Below, in pieces: positions 25,430 to 38,527 of a DNA stretch of 64,000 nucleotides. A model generated the notes under the pieces. The model saw only the letters and a program-made list of their open reading frames with translations, did not search any database and was not told where the DNA came from. Numbering within the stretch: position 1 is the stretch's first letter; each line of letters starts with the position of its first letter. The stretch covers positions 63,810,464 through 63,874,463 of the forward strand of contig NC_043011.1 in the NCBI RefSeq assembly GCF_006345805.1. The letters are read 5' to 3'. Source of the stretch: Octopus sinensis. Its lineage: Eukaryota. Both the position numbers and the translations under genes were made by a program.

Positions 25430-27690
25430 TTCATTTTCCCTCTTTGCAGAATGAAAGGAAACCTAGATGATAAGGAAATATCGACTATCACATTATGTAC
25501 CTTGTAGGGAAGCACGGGAGTTAGGAAGTATAAATGATGCCTCCTAAAAGCGGAACTCATCAAATTTTGAGGGAAGGGAAAATTCCATCTCATCGATCCA
25601 AGTTTTTCTCAGTTACTCAATCTATCAATCTCGAAAGGATGAAACGCACAGACTACATCGGTGAAATTTGAACACAGAATGTAAAGACGGACGAAATGCA
25701 GCTAAGGGTTTTGCCTGCCGTACTAACAATTCAGCATACTAGCTGCATTCATTAGGAAGGATTAATTATCATTTCTACTAAAGGCACAAGGCCTGAAATT
25801 ACAGGAGGTGCGGGTATTCCATTGCATCGACATCAGTACATGACTATGCATTTGATATTCCCCGTCGTACTGACGATAATAATAATAATAATTATTATTA
25901 TGGTTTGGAATTTTGGCACAAGTCCAGTAAGTTCAGTTGGAGTGATAATTCGATTACATCGACTCCAATATTCAGTTGCTCCATATTTCAGTGACCCTGA
26001 TAGAATGAAAGGAATAGTCGACCTCGACGGAATTTGAACTCAAAGCGTAAGTGTAGACGAAATACTGCTTAGCATTTCGCTTGGCGCACTAACGATTGTT
26101 ATTTCTTTACTACCCACAAGGGGCTACAAACAAGGTTATACAAACGGTTTAAGTCGATTATATCGACCCCAGTGCGCAACTCGTACTTAACTCATCGACC
26201 CCGAAAGGATGAAAGGCAAAGCCGACCTCGGCGGAATTTGAACTCAGAAGGTAGCGGCAGACGAAATACTGCTAAGCATTTCGTCCGGCGTGTTAACGTT
26301 CCTGCCAGCTCGCAGCCTTCGTAAGGAGTGTATTAATAACAAGTAATAATAGTTACAAAAATTATTTGAATTGCATGAAATATCGATTTTTCATAATTAT
26401 TAATACAGTAAAGTGATCACAGAAAATATATTGGATGAGTAACATTCGTTTGTAATGTAATTCGATGCTGCAATTATTCCTTCTAATAAGACCAAATTAA
26501 TTCAAATATATTACCAGGGCATACAGAAAAATGCTGATCGTGGAAGAACCATTTACATTCTACGAAACTTCCTTCAAAACAACTTTCGTATACTTGCAGA
26601 CGTCTGTAAAAGAATTAGAAAAATAGAGGAACTGGGTACGTTTTGGCTTAGTTATGATACAAAGTAAATATTATATTGGTGTCCCATTTTGGCACAAGAG
26701 CATCACGTTCGTGGTAGAGGAGAAGTTCGTCACGTCGACCCTAGTATTTAAGTGTTACTTGTTGCATTAACCGTAAAATGATGAAAGGCAATGTTTCCTT
26801 TGGTGAAATTTGAAAACTGAACGGGAAAACGGACGGATGCCGCTGGAAGTTTTGACCTGCAAACTAAAGTTTCTGTCTATTCTAGCCACAAGGCCCGAAA
26901 TTTTGGGGGAGAGGGCCAGGCGATTAGATCGATCCCAATACGTAACTGGTACTTAATTTATCGACTCCGAAAGGATGAAAGGCAAAGTCGACCTCGGCGG
27001 AATTTGAACTGAGAACGTAACGAAATACCTATTTCTTTACTACCCACAAGGGACTAAACACAGAGGGGACAAACAAGGACAGACAAACGGATTAAATCGA
27101 TTATATAGACCCCAGTACGTAACTGGTACTTAATTTATCGACCCTGAAATGATGAAAGGCAAAGTCGACCTCGGCGAAATTTGAACTCAGAACGTAGTGG
27201 CAGACGAAATACCGCTAAGCATTATCACCTGGCGTGCTAATGTTTCTGGCTGCTCGCCGCCTTTATAGAGATTTATATTACATTAGTTTGAAACTCTGCC
27301 ATAAAGTAATCCAGGTGGGTTAAGTTAAATACATCGACCGCAGTGCCGCCTAACAGTCACTTATCTAATCGATTCCGAAAGGATGAAAAGCAAAGACGAC
27401 TTCGGTGGAATTTGAACTAAGAATGTAACGGCAGAGGAATTACGCTAAACATTTCGCCCGGGATGCTAAAAATTGTGGCATCACACCGCCGTTTAAAGTT
27501 AATATTATATTGATGGATAGAATATATACCTGTCGGTTAGAATGTTGTATATAGTGAGCTACTGTCTAACCGCAAATACAGCTTTCGCATGAACCTATAA
27601 CTAGTTTCCTTAGATTTTATTTTACCTGAATGCAAATATCTACGTGCGCATATGTGGATGCCTGCTAACGTTTCTGCCAGCTCGCCGCCT
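25430..27690 (-). mobile_element. Cluster of about 7-8 same-orientation SINE family 2 copies and fragments (interrupted by copy B exon 3)
   Basis: Repeated aaaggatgaaaggcaaagtcgacctcggcggaatttgaactc blocks at ~25630, 26005, 26205, 26780, 26970, 27150 and 27380; head gccagctcgccgcc at ~27250 and ~27680. Confidence 0.85.
26515..26603 (-). CDS. Six-Cys family copy B, exon 3
   Basis: Acceptor ttctaattcttttacAG, donor GTAATA, 89 nt, phase 2 to phase 1: (K)RLQVYESCFEGSFVECKWFFHDQHFSVCP. Confidence 0.88.
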
Positions 27691-27729
27691 TAATATATAT
27701 ATATAGATATATGTGTGTATGTGTGTGTG

Positions 27730-27880
27730 GCCATGCTGCAGCATCGACTTTACTCGAAGAAATCGACCCAGACTTATTCTTTCAAAGCCTAGTACTTATC
27801 GGTCTCTTTTGCCGAAGCGCTTTGCTACAGTGACGTAAACATACCAACATCGGTTGTCAAGACCTGGGGCGACCAAACGC
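27730..27880 (-). mobile_element. SINE family 1, 3' fragment
   Basis: ggccatgctgcagc..gacttattctttc..cggtctcttttgccgaa..acatcggttgtcaag. Confidence 0.7.
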
Positions 27881-28459
27881 ACGCACACATATACACACAC
27901 GCACATATAGCTGTGTGTATGTGTCTTTCTGACTGTGTTTATCCCGTCACCACTAAAACTTAAAGACGGTGCCCCAGTATGGCCACAGTATAATTATTGA
28001 AATAAGGAAAAGGTAAAAGGTTTAAGATAAATGTTTGTCATAATCAAACAAATCTGCTAATCCAGAATCTGTAGGATCGAATGCCATAATTACCAGCCAA
28101 ATACAGCTGCTTAGATTACAATAAAGATATATAAATTACTTTTTAAAAGTTGTAGAAGGCCAGCAGCTAATGAGAGGAAACGGAAGTTGATAACATCGAC
28201 TAATTCCTTCAGTGGTTCTTATACTATCGGTCCTGCGAACCAGAACCTCGATTCCATATCGGACGTATTAAAACTCACAATGTAATAAGCCCGAACGAAT
28301 GACGCTAATTTTAGATTAAAATATATTAAAACAAATATATATTTAAATAATGAAAGACATATAAGCTTCGTATAGAATATAAGAATAAACTTATAGATAT
28401 ACATGTATGTGTTTGTATGTATATATATATGTCACAGTTTGTGGTTTGTGTGTGTGAGA

Positions 28460-28558
<99 letters not shown>

Positions 28559-28595
28559 TATATACACATACATATAGTCATGCATACATACATAC

Positions 28596-28695
28596 TTGCA
28601 TTGGAAGATATCTGGTCTTAATATTGGGTAAGCTCTCAGGGCAACTTCGCAATATGATTTTGCAATCGAGTAGCATTTCTGTGACGTATCGGCTC
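28596..28695 (-). CDS. Six-Cys family copy B, exon 2
   Basis: Acceptor attatgtatttgtAG, donor GTATGT, 100 nt, phase 1 to phase 2: (G)[32 protein letters not shown](K). Confidence 0.88.
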
Positions 28696-28980
28696 CTACA
28701 AATACATAATCTCATATTATTAAAGAGAAGCGAGCCTCCGTCTGTCTTTCCGTAACAATATCTGTGTAGAGGGAAGAAGAAGGTTAGGAAAAAATGGTTG
28801 CAGTTGAGAGAGATGTACAGTAAGAAAGTGTGAGAGCGAAAGAGAGTGCTTGTGTGTGTGTGTATGTGCGCGTGTGTGACAGATAAAGAAATAGATAATT
28901 TTGTCACCCTAGGTCTGTTTAAAATGCGCTAACTTTAAGTCCTTGTCTCTCAGCACAACGCAATAGACTTGAAAAATGAC

Positions 28981-29058
<78 letters not shown>

Positions 29059-29624
29059 ATCCATGTACGTATATATTGTTCGTTTTATGTTTGTGTTCGG
29101 TTGCAGGTCAGGTGAAAGGGGTCACCACGTGATGCTGCCCCGTCTGCTAAACCAACTCAATGGAAAGGCTTGCTTCAGGTAGTCTCATTGTCAACTAAAA
29201 AGGGAGCTGGACAAAATTAACTAAATTAGCATAGAATAATGGTTTCAGATTTTTTTATAATTAAGATCTAAACTGTTAATATATGAACACGAAATACATT
29301 GTTGAATAACTGTGAAGTTATTTTGTGCTACCCTGTATATAATCAAATTACAACAAATGCATTCTGGTTCACTGCAGCTGTTTCTGACACTTTTTGTTGA
29401 TGAATAGAAGTGATGCATCATGCAAAAATAAAAGGAATAATAATAATAAAATAAATAAAATAGTTTTTGTTTCTGGTGAATACACGAAAGAAATAATCAT
29501 TTTATATAAACATTTCAATAAAATGCACAAAGCGCCATGTTGAATTTCTCGTCCAAAATTCGGTCCTTAGTGCATAACTGGGTATGTTTATGGGAAACAC
29601 GTGACAGCTAAAGACGGTACTCAC

Positions 29625-29661
29625 CAATAATGAGGCCAAATAGAATTATTGAAACTTTCAT
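29625..29661 (-). CDS. Six-Cys family copy B, exon 1 (ATG + signal peptide)
   Basis: atg aaa gtt tca ata att cta ttt ggc ctc att att g|GTGAGT encodes MKVSIILFGLII+G, 37 nt. Confidence 0.88.
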
Positions 29662-30518
29662 TCCGGATATTCGTATGAAAATCAAGGTCGGTCAATGCAA
29701 TAACTTCTTGCATGTAACTGAACATTTCGTAATATTATTTAATGGGTGTTTGGCTCATTCAGATGGTATTTACACGTTGTCCATAAAAAATAATAAAATA
29801 TTTTCCTGCGGCATTTTAATGATATATACATGCCATATATAAAGAGGTTTATATGAGTTTTCTGACATGTATAGTCTTGGATCTTTTTTGCCTTTATGAA
29901 AGCAAATATCGATTCGGATTTTCATTTCATTATTTATATGTGGAAGATGCTTCCACATATAAAGGTCGATTTATTTATGAATGTATTAATGCATGTACCC
30001 TCGCACTCTATTATTATCAATGTATAAAGACAAATGCACACGGAATAGTTATTATGTACAAGTTATGTTTCGCTCCATCACTTTGGCTGTCTTCAGGTAC
30101 ATTGACAAAGAAATCTCAGAAGATACTTTTTTTTGTGTCGGTTCCGCTATTGTTATATCGATTTCGGGAATTGATATAAGCAAATGATATTATAGTGGCG
30201 TGAAAAGTTCTAATGTGAACGCGGAAATCTTGCGCTCCAGCTTAGATAAAATAAGCTTATCAGCTTTCCCTGTCATAAAAGAAGGAGAAAAGGACAGTAA
30301 TATTTAGACAAGCAGTATCATGTTCGTGCATTTCCATACGAATGGACAGACAGAGGGACATATATATATATATAAATACGTAGACACACACATACTTATA
30401 TGTATACATACGTTTACATTCACATGTATTTATTTATACTATTGAACCTTCGGAGGGGTATTATGCCGGAGTGATGTTTGTAGTAGGCACACCACACGAG
30501 CAACTATCCCGCAGATTT

Positions 30519-30551
<33 letters not shown>

Positions 30552-30564
30552 CACACACACATAT

Positions 30565-30730
30565 ATATTTCTTTCGTACCCACAATGGGCTAAACATAGA
30601 GGGGACAAACAAGGACAGACAAAGGGATTAAGTCGATTACATCGATTCAGTGCGAAACTGGTACTTTATTTATCGACCCCGAGAGGATGAAAGGCAAAGT
30701 CGACCTCGAATAAATTTGAACTCAGAACAT
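30565..30730 (-). mobile_element. SINE family 2, 3' part
   Basis: tatttctttcgtacccacaatggg..gaaaggcaaagtcgacctc..ttgaactcagaac. Confidence 0.8.
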
Positions 30731-30740
30731 AACGACACAC

Positions 30741-30798
<58 letters not shown>

Positions 30799-31529
30799 TT
30801 ATACACGCACACACATGCACAGACACACTCACACATGCATATACATATTTAAATACGTTATTTTGAAAGCAATATCGAAATATATATCACGTAAGACCCC
30901 TTACAATTGAAATTACACCTGCCTACTGTTTTTCTAAAGAGATCTTGAAATTATTAAATGATTCACATGGCTGTATATAATAGTTCCGAAACCGTTCCGT
31001 CTCTCCAATTTCCAGGAATAAACGCAGAAATTTATTTCACTTATCTTCTCATATGTATAAAATCCGTAAAGAATTTTTATAAACCATCTCGGTGACTTAA
31101 AACTTCCTTAAATGACACCTACTCAAAATATTCACGAATAACAAATTGGCAATGCCATCATTTTAAACTGAATCTCTCGTGAAGCATGATATCCTAAAGT
31201 TTATGCACTGCAGAATGAGAAATATTAGTGTAACTTCGCTATACATAAATATTGTTTCTTTACATCCGTATCATTTAACAGCAACTTTTCTGTATTAAAA
31301 TATTTATAGTAAACACCTAAAATATACATAGTTTTTTGAAGACGGTGCTACTATAGATAAAATATATTTCCTTCACAGATATGATCTGCCAATTCAGTTG
31401 TATATTGCTTTAGAGACCCACTGCAATTCCTATTAATTTTAAGTGTAATATAGCAGCGTTTTAACTGCTTCTTTAACTACAATATTAACAAGAAGCGATC
31501 TTGCCTCAAAATTTCCTTTATACTTTACC

Positions 31530-31567
<38 letters not shown>

Positions 31568-31702
31568 ACGTACACACATACGCTATATATATAGGGAGAG
31601 GAAGAGAGAGAGATAGGGAGTGAGAGAGATAAATGTAAGAACCAAAGATCGAGGTGCAGGAAGAGAGTGAGCTTCAAACATTCTGTAGGAAATATATATA
31701 TA

Positions 31703-31992
31703 GGTGCAGAAGAGGCTGTGTGGTAAGTAGCTTGCTTAACAACCACATGGTTACGGGTTCAGTCCCACAGCGTGGTATCTTGGGCAAGTGTCTTCAACTA
31801 TAGCCTCTGTCCGTCCAAACACTTGTGAGTGGATTTGGTAGACAGAAACTGAAACACGCCCGTCGTATATATATATATATATGTGTATATATATGTATGT
31901 GTGTGGGGTGGTGGTGTTTGTTTGTTTGTGAGTGTGTGTGTGTTTGTGTGTGTGTTTGTCCCCCAACATCGCTTGACAACCTATGCTGGTGT
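31703..31992 (+). mobile_element. SINE family 1, 5' part, fused to a mariner fragment
   Basis: Head ggtgcagaagaggctgtgtggtaagtagcttgc..gggttcagtccc; the sequence stops at gctggtgtg. Confidence 0.85.
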
Positions 31993-32810
31993 GGTTCGCA
32001 AATTTCAAAGTGGAGATTTCAGTGTTGAAGATGAAGATCGAACAGGAAGTCCAGTTGAGTTTGGTGATAAGCTCTTTGAAGCATTACTTGAAGAAACTCC
32101 TGTATCATCAGTTGAAGAATTGGCAATAAAGCTTAATTCAAACCACATAACTGTTCATCGTCAGTTTCAACAACTTGGAAATATTCCTAAAGTTGGAAAA
32201 TGCGTTCCTCATGAATTGTCCGAAAGCAACCGCAAATCCCGAGTTGATATCTGCTCTTCTCTCCATTCTCGCGAGCTCATTTCACCTTTTGTGGATAGAC
32301 TTGTGACTGGTGAAGAAAAATGGATCTTCTATCGAAATTTTAAATGTCGTAAGCAGTGGCTTGGTAAAATGGAAATAACTCAACCATAACCGAGACGGGA
32401 GCTTCATGCGAAAACAGCTCTCTCTATCTGCTGGGATTGCAATGGAGCAATTCACTTTGAATTGTTACCACCTAATGCTCAAGTCTACTGTCAGCAATTA
32501 GAGCGTTTGAACCAAGCTTTGAAGAAAAGAGGCCCGCTTTAGTGAATGGAAAAGGAGTGATGGATGTTTCATAAGGACAATGCACGACCCCACACTGCAA
32601 AGATCACATCACAGAAGGTCGATGAGCTTGGTTGGGGAAAATTTCCAATCCAGCTTATTCTCCCGACCTTGCTCCTTCAGACTACCATTTGTTTTGTAGT
32701 TTACAGAATCATTTGGGGGGCATAATTTTCGTAAGCCAGAGTTCTTCGCTTTGAAACCAAAGGAGATTTACATTGATGGGATTTAAAATCTTGTAAATAG
32801 ATGGAAGCGG
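31992..32810 (+). mobile_element. Mariner (Tc1/mariner, DD34D-type) transposase remnant
   Basis: WFAKFKSGDFSVEDEDRTGSP, CVPHELS, LVTGEEKWIFY, DNARPH and YSPDLAPSDYHLF motifs, with stops and frameshifts; no TIRs seen. Confidence 0.9.
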
Positions 32811-33046
32811 CATTTCCCTATTTCCATCGCGTAATAACTTAGGCTTAAATAAATCATGGCTTATATATCATATTCAGTTTAATATCAACAGGTTGTATAC
32901 CTTGAGTAATTATGCTATGTTATTCGCCGATATGACACGTGTTTCCAATAATATAATCCAGTTCTATATTTAAGAGATGAGGAATTATATGCATTATTTA
33001 CATTATTTACATTTGACGGATATTTGTCCTCATCATGTTTGTTGTT

Positions 33047-33092
33047 GACATAACGTTTCGGCTGATATACATTCCAGCCTTCATCAAGTGTC
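33047..33092 (-). ncRNA. Degenerate minimal type-I hammerhead ribozyme motif
   Basis: gacac-TTGATGA-aGGCTG..CAGCC-GAAA-c-GTT-atgtc. Core C3 is replaced by T; stem II is intact; stem III is a loopless palindrome (AC/GT). Confidence 0.55.
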
Positions 33093-33153
33093 TTGAGGAA
33101 ATTTCGAACCTGGCATCTCAATCCCTAGGTATTTTTCGATGTTGTTGTTGTTG

Positions 33154-33232
<79 letters not shown>

Positions 33233-33281
33233 CATTCAGGTTATTGCTTTGAATCGAAATCGGATCTCGGGCAGTTATGAC

Positions 33282-33343
<62 letters not shown>

Positions 33344-33402
33344 TATTAATAATAACGAAAATACGTTAGGTATGAGAACCCAGGGGTTCGAAATTTCCTT
33401 AA

Positions 33403-33448
33403 GACACCGGAGGAAGGCTGGAGGTTATATCAACCGAAACGTTGTGTC
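33403..33448 (+). ncRNA. Degenerate hammerhead motif (inverted sister copy)
   Basis: gacac-CGGAGGA-aggctg..caacc-GAAA-c-GTT-gtgtc. Stem I is perfect; the core carries two substitutions. Confidence 0.4.
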
Positions 33449-34502
33449 AACAACAAACAAGATGAGGACAAATATCCGTCAAATGTAAATAATGTAAATA
33501 ACAATCGTTGCAAATAAGTGAACGAAAATGTATTTTCTAATTTAATAACTAATCTTTAGAATATAGTTGATTCATCACAATATTAAGATTAATTGTAATG
33601 CTCATTAGTTACATATAAATGTTCGTTTATGAGAAAATATCGCCAGATATACATTTAATACTTAGAAATATTAGACGTAAGTGATTTGGGAGAGGCATTA
33701 GCAGAGATTTTCGCATCGTACGAATACCAATGTTAGTGAGTAGTATCGCATGAAAAATTACTGGCTCGTCTGTTGCAACGGAGTAGTAACATACTACGTC
33801 TCAGTTCCCTCTTAGCCTCTCCACACTCGCCTGTCGCAAAAGAGTACTTAACAATATACCACTCCTATGAGAACTAACCAATCTATTTGCACCCTTCCCT
33901 ACTCACACCCCGCTATTCAATTCCTCTGACCTCATTTATAATTACACCTCCTCCAATACCAACCCAATGCTTTTGTCTCACAAACAGCTACTTTTGACCG
34001 CTTTCTCAGCCCCATCAGCGATGAAACCAGCCAACTTATTTCCCTAAAATAATTGCCGTCCCCTTTTCACTATCTCAACTTTAACACTCCGGAATTCATC
34101 AAACTAACACGATGGTCATCTTTCACTTACTATCTAAACCCCGAAATGTATTTCCCCTCCCACTACTCTCTATCTAAATACCCCGCCAACTCCTCTTTCT
34201 AATCATTCCATCTTTAAACTTCATTCTGTCAACACCTCGAATCTGAACTTTTCCCGTGACGACGGGGACTAGTTTCATCTGATGGGGAAATAAAGTTACT
34301 TTCATTATTTTGAATGACCAAGACCTCCGAAAAAGCTGTTGGATTCGGAAACCTCTTACTCAAACTCTTTAATTTCTGATATCATTTCTATTCTGTGTAA
34401 GACAGACTTTTTTATATATACATAGGTATATCTTTTGTATTAGATGTATTTAATATTTTTGGTATCTCCACTTGGTTATCTTGCTTGTCCTTGCATTTAC
34501 TC

Positions 34503-34535
<33 letters not shown>

Positions 34536-35359
34536 CGTATGTATATAAATATACATATATATATGTATGTATGTATGTATATACCTATACACGCACTTAT
34601 ACAGAGAGAGAGTTTTATCTATGGATAGGTGCGTATGTATATGCAGTGTTTCATGCCTCATTGGCCATCATATTATGCCAATAATTAACACTTACGTTGG
34701 TTCTGCTTCAGCTTTTATTAGTCAATCGGTTTACCAATATTTGTTTAATCGATCGATCATTCAATCAGCTAGCTTTGCCACTGCCCCTTCGTCACTCTTC
34801 CATTCATTTTTTCAAAGACACGCCATATCTCCTCCAGATGTTCTTCAAGTCTGAAGCAGACCATGACGAAAATCCCCAAATTGATTTCGGTGAGAATTTT
34901 AATCAGAATATATTCTACATATACTATGACACTCCAATAGTTCTGCCTATTCGGTTACGGAGATGAACTCGGATAATATGAGATGTTTTTGAGATAAATA
35001 AATATATGGTTCAATAAAAATCTCATAAGTTCCAAACATGTAGAAGTAACATCGTGCATCTTTACATATGTGGGAGTGGCATCAGCACCACTGCAGACAC
35101 GAATACTGATTGTAACTTGAACTGTAAAGAGAATAGATTACTGGTGACTCAAAATCCATACTGAATGTTTTGAATCCCTATTTCAATATAAAGCAAAGTT
35201 GTTTTACTTGATACTCTTATGACGGAGACGACTGGAAAATCATGTGCAAATAAGTAGAACGTCATTCCATTAATAATGCAATGAAGATGCTTTCATCTAA
35301 TTTACCCAATTATTCATGTATTTTGCCTTACTTTCACAGTTACATTCAAGTATGAGACT

Positions 35360-35560
35360 TCCAGCTGGCAGATTTATTAGCACGCCGGGAAAAAATGCTT
35401 AGCGGCATTTCGTCCGACATAGAGTTCTGAGTTCAAGTCCTGAGGAGGCCGACTTTGCCATTATTGATTTTGTACTCGATAAAGTAAGTACAATTACTGG
35501 GTTTCTTAGTAGTCGACTTCACCGCTTCCCCAGTTTGCTGGTCTTGTACCAAAATTTGAA
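35360..35560 (+). mobile_element. SINE family 2 copy
   Basis: agctggcagatttattagcacgccgggaaaaaatgcttagcggcatttcg..ctgagttcaagtcc. Confidence 0.75.
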
Positions 35561-35939
35561 ACCAATTATATTGAACTATAGTTCTCAGATAGTATATTTT
35601 ATTGAATGAAGTTACTGAAACACTCATATGATTTATTATTCTTTGTATATAAACCACGAAAATAAATTTGAACAATTCTGAGGAGTAAGCTTTTATTGCG
35701 ATTTTCTATCGACATTTCAGGACCAAAGTATAATTATATAGGCTAATTGAGATAGGAGAAAAAATAGATTTAGAGATTACAATTAATAAATATTATTTAG
35801 CTCACTTATGTAAGCTGCTACAATATTACAGACACTCAAATATACACACTCACACACACACACACACAAACATACAGGCATACGCTAAGACACACCCATA
35901 CACACAAGCATATATATATATATATATATATATTCTTTT

Positions 35940-36133
35940 ATTCTGCTATTTGTTTCAGGCATGTGACTGCGGCCATGCCGGAGCACCGTCATTCAGTAGT
36001 CGAAGAAATCGACCCCAGGACTTATTCTTTGTAAGCATATTAATATCGGTCTCTTTGCCGAACCGCTAAGTTACGGGGACGTAAACACACCGACATGGTT
36101 GTCAGGTGATGGGGGCGAGCAAACATAGACTTA

Positions 36134-36206
<73 letters not shown>

Positions 36207-36385
36207 TTATATATATATATATATAAATATATATATATAAATAAATATATATATACGACGGGTTTCTTTCAGTTTCCGTTTACCAATTTCACTCACAATG
36301 CTTTGGTTGACCCGAGGATAAAGTAGAAGGCACTCGCCTAGAGTACCACGCAGTGGGACTAAGCACGAAGGCATATGGGTGGGGG
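35940..36385 (-). mobile_element. SINE family 1, near full length with expanded internal microsatellite
   Basis: 3' part at 35940-36120 and 5' part at 36250-36385 (cgacgggtttctttcagtttccgt..gtaccacgcagtgggact), separated by (CA)n(TA)n. Confidence 0.8.
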
Positions 36386-36854
36386 AGGCCTGAGTCGTCA
36401 CTAATTACTCATTGTAGGCAGCTGGAGACATTTATCTGTTAAGACCCACAAAAATAAGCGAAGCACAGGCGCGCGCCATTAAGCTGAACACAGATTTACT
36501 TCTGCTTTTATAGCCCATAAAGAAAACGGTGTTGTAGGAGTGTACACAGCATGTGTGCTGCAGCAGTTCGATGCGTAGCTTAAATACTGACAAGGGTGAA
36601 TTATGTCTACCTAATCTACAAATAAAGTATAATATTTTGCATTTTATGCATAGTAATTTTCAAAGTTTTATTGAATTACGTGCATATTTTGTCACATAAG
36701 GAAAATGATGCTATCGATCTATTTTATTCAAGGTAGGCACTGCCTACCTTGTCTACCAAGGCGCACATTCCTGATATACTGATATACACACACAGAGACA
36801 CAGACATACACACAGACACACACACTCACACACACACACATACACACACACACA

Positions 36855-36936
<82 letters not shown>

Positions 36937-38194
36937 GACATTGGAAATTAGTTACCTATTACTGATAAGACGCAAAACACGCCAAAATCACGTGATAGAG
37001 CATTTGCCCCATTACCGCTCGACAGTAGTTGCTTATAGTTCTGTACTTTTATGCAAAATAAAAAAAAAGTCTAAAAGAGAGACATCATCAGTACGAAAAC
37101 TGTAATGTTATTGCACTCTGATAAGCCATGCGCAGTAAATAACATAGAAAGTCTGCCATTCACTTATAATTTCGCATTCGTCACTAGTATTTCATCGCAT
37201 AAAATTCGACAAAGCTACAGAAATCTAATGCCATCCTCACATTATAAAGTCTAGACAACTTTATGGAATAAGAAACAGAAACCTCTGCTCGGTACATATA
37301 GCAAAAATTAATATATTTGGCCAGTAGGTATTTCCAGGTAGGTATTTCAGCAGATGTAGTTAGCAAATGAATTAATAACATCATGACTGAATTATATCAC
37401 ATTTAATTTACTTAATGCCACATGTCACCTTCATGAATGTTTATAGCAATATCTAAAATATTTCTGACCGATTCAAATACAGAGGTGAAGTATGCAGGAC
37501 CAAGCTATTCAGTAGATAGATTGTTATTTATGAAACGATGGAAATATCATTTAGGTAATATCAGTTCTGAAAATAAATTACAAGTTGAAAAAGACAGCAT
37601 TCGTTAATGAGAATTCTAGTGGAAGATTTCGAATATATTACTCACTAAAGAAGATATTTTATTTCAAAACAATGGTTTTCTTTTTAAAAAATAATTATTC
37701 AAAAAGTGTCAAAGTACAAAAGAGGACTTCATATTCGTGAGTCGAAAATCCAATCATTCAAAAATAATTATGAATCCTAATGTTTTGTTCGAAAGTTTCA
37801 GCTAATGAAAAACATATAAATAAAACGAGAAACGAGAAACGAGAAACAATACAGTGCAGCTTGAACTGAAGCTGGCTATAAGGAGCGAATTCATTATAGT
37901 CTTAATAGCAAGGTTATGAAAATATATAAATACGGATGAAGAATGAAAGCGATTACCATTATATTAAAAAAATAACAAAAAACCTATATGAATAGAAAAT
38001 ATATTAAGCCAAGCTTTATTGATAATAGAAAACTCATAAAGAGCAAAACAATCTCTAAAAGAAACGATGCAATGAAGATCGAGATTAGCTATGTGATAAT
38101 GAGAAGCAAACCTATTATTAAAATGACCTTTATGCCAACCAAGCAACAGATGGAATACAGAGAATATAATAATAGTATTTGATAGTAGTAAATA

Positions 38195-38527
38195 TCGTGG
38201 CACTCCGTCGGTTACGACGACGAGGGTTCCAGCCTGCTCATAAAATTAATGTGCAAGTGGCTGAACACTCCGCAGACACGTGTACCCTTAGCCTATTTTT
38301 CGGGGTGATTTAGTGTGACAAAGCTGGCCCTTTCAAATAGTGCTACAACAGAAACAGGAACAAATTGTGAGAGAATGCTGTGAAACAGTACAGCAGGGTT
38401 CGCTAACACTCTCTCTCGGAACCTCGTGGTTCTTCAGGTGTTTTTGCTCAAAAAACACTCACAACGCCCAGTCTGGGAATTGAAACCGCGATCCTCCTGC
38501 CCTAACCACTGGGCCATTGCGCCTCCA
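38195..38527 (-). mobile_element. SINE family 3 variant
   Basis: Minus head ggaggcgcaatggcccagtggttagggcagg; same tail type as 22135. Confidence 0.8.

Larger units (their letters stand above)
32994..33501. repeat. Palindromic pair of hammerhead-bearing non-autonomous elements with (ATT)n/(AAT)n
   Basis: 32994-33231 is an imperfect reverse complement of 33282-33501, including the trinucleotide tracts; ~50-bp spacer. Confidence 0.85.

Noticed and set aside
28111-28304. Alternative ending of copy B using a 26-nt exon (28279-28304) and/or an exon from 28166, giving QCNCWPSTTFKK* or a hydrophobic tail
   Set aside because: Splice sites look good, but exon 26515-26603 matches the paralogous exon 3 in size, phase and all three Cys, so it is the better model. 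Minor isoforms are not excluded.
29107-29178. Plus-strand exon-like segment (SGERGHHVMLPRLLNQ..)
   Set aside because: Isolated, weak donor, lies within copy B intron 1, and no supporting plus-strand gene was found.
37184-37384. Possible degenerate exon 2 (NFCYMYRAEVS..LDFC)
   Set aside because: Second Cys absent, spacing too long, and no AG or GT at the expected positions.
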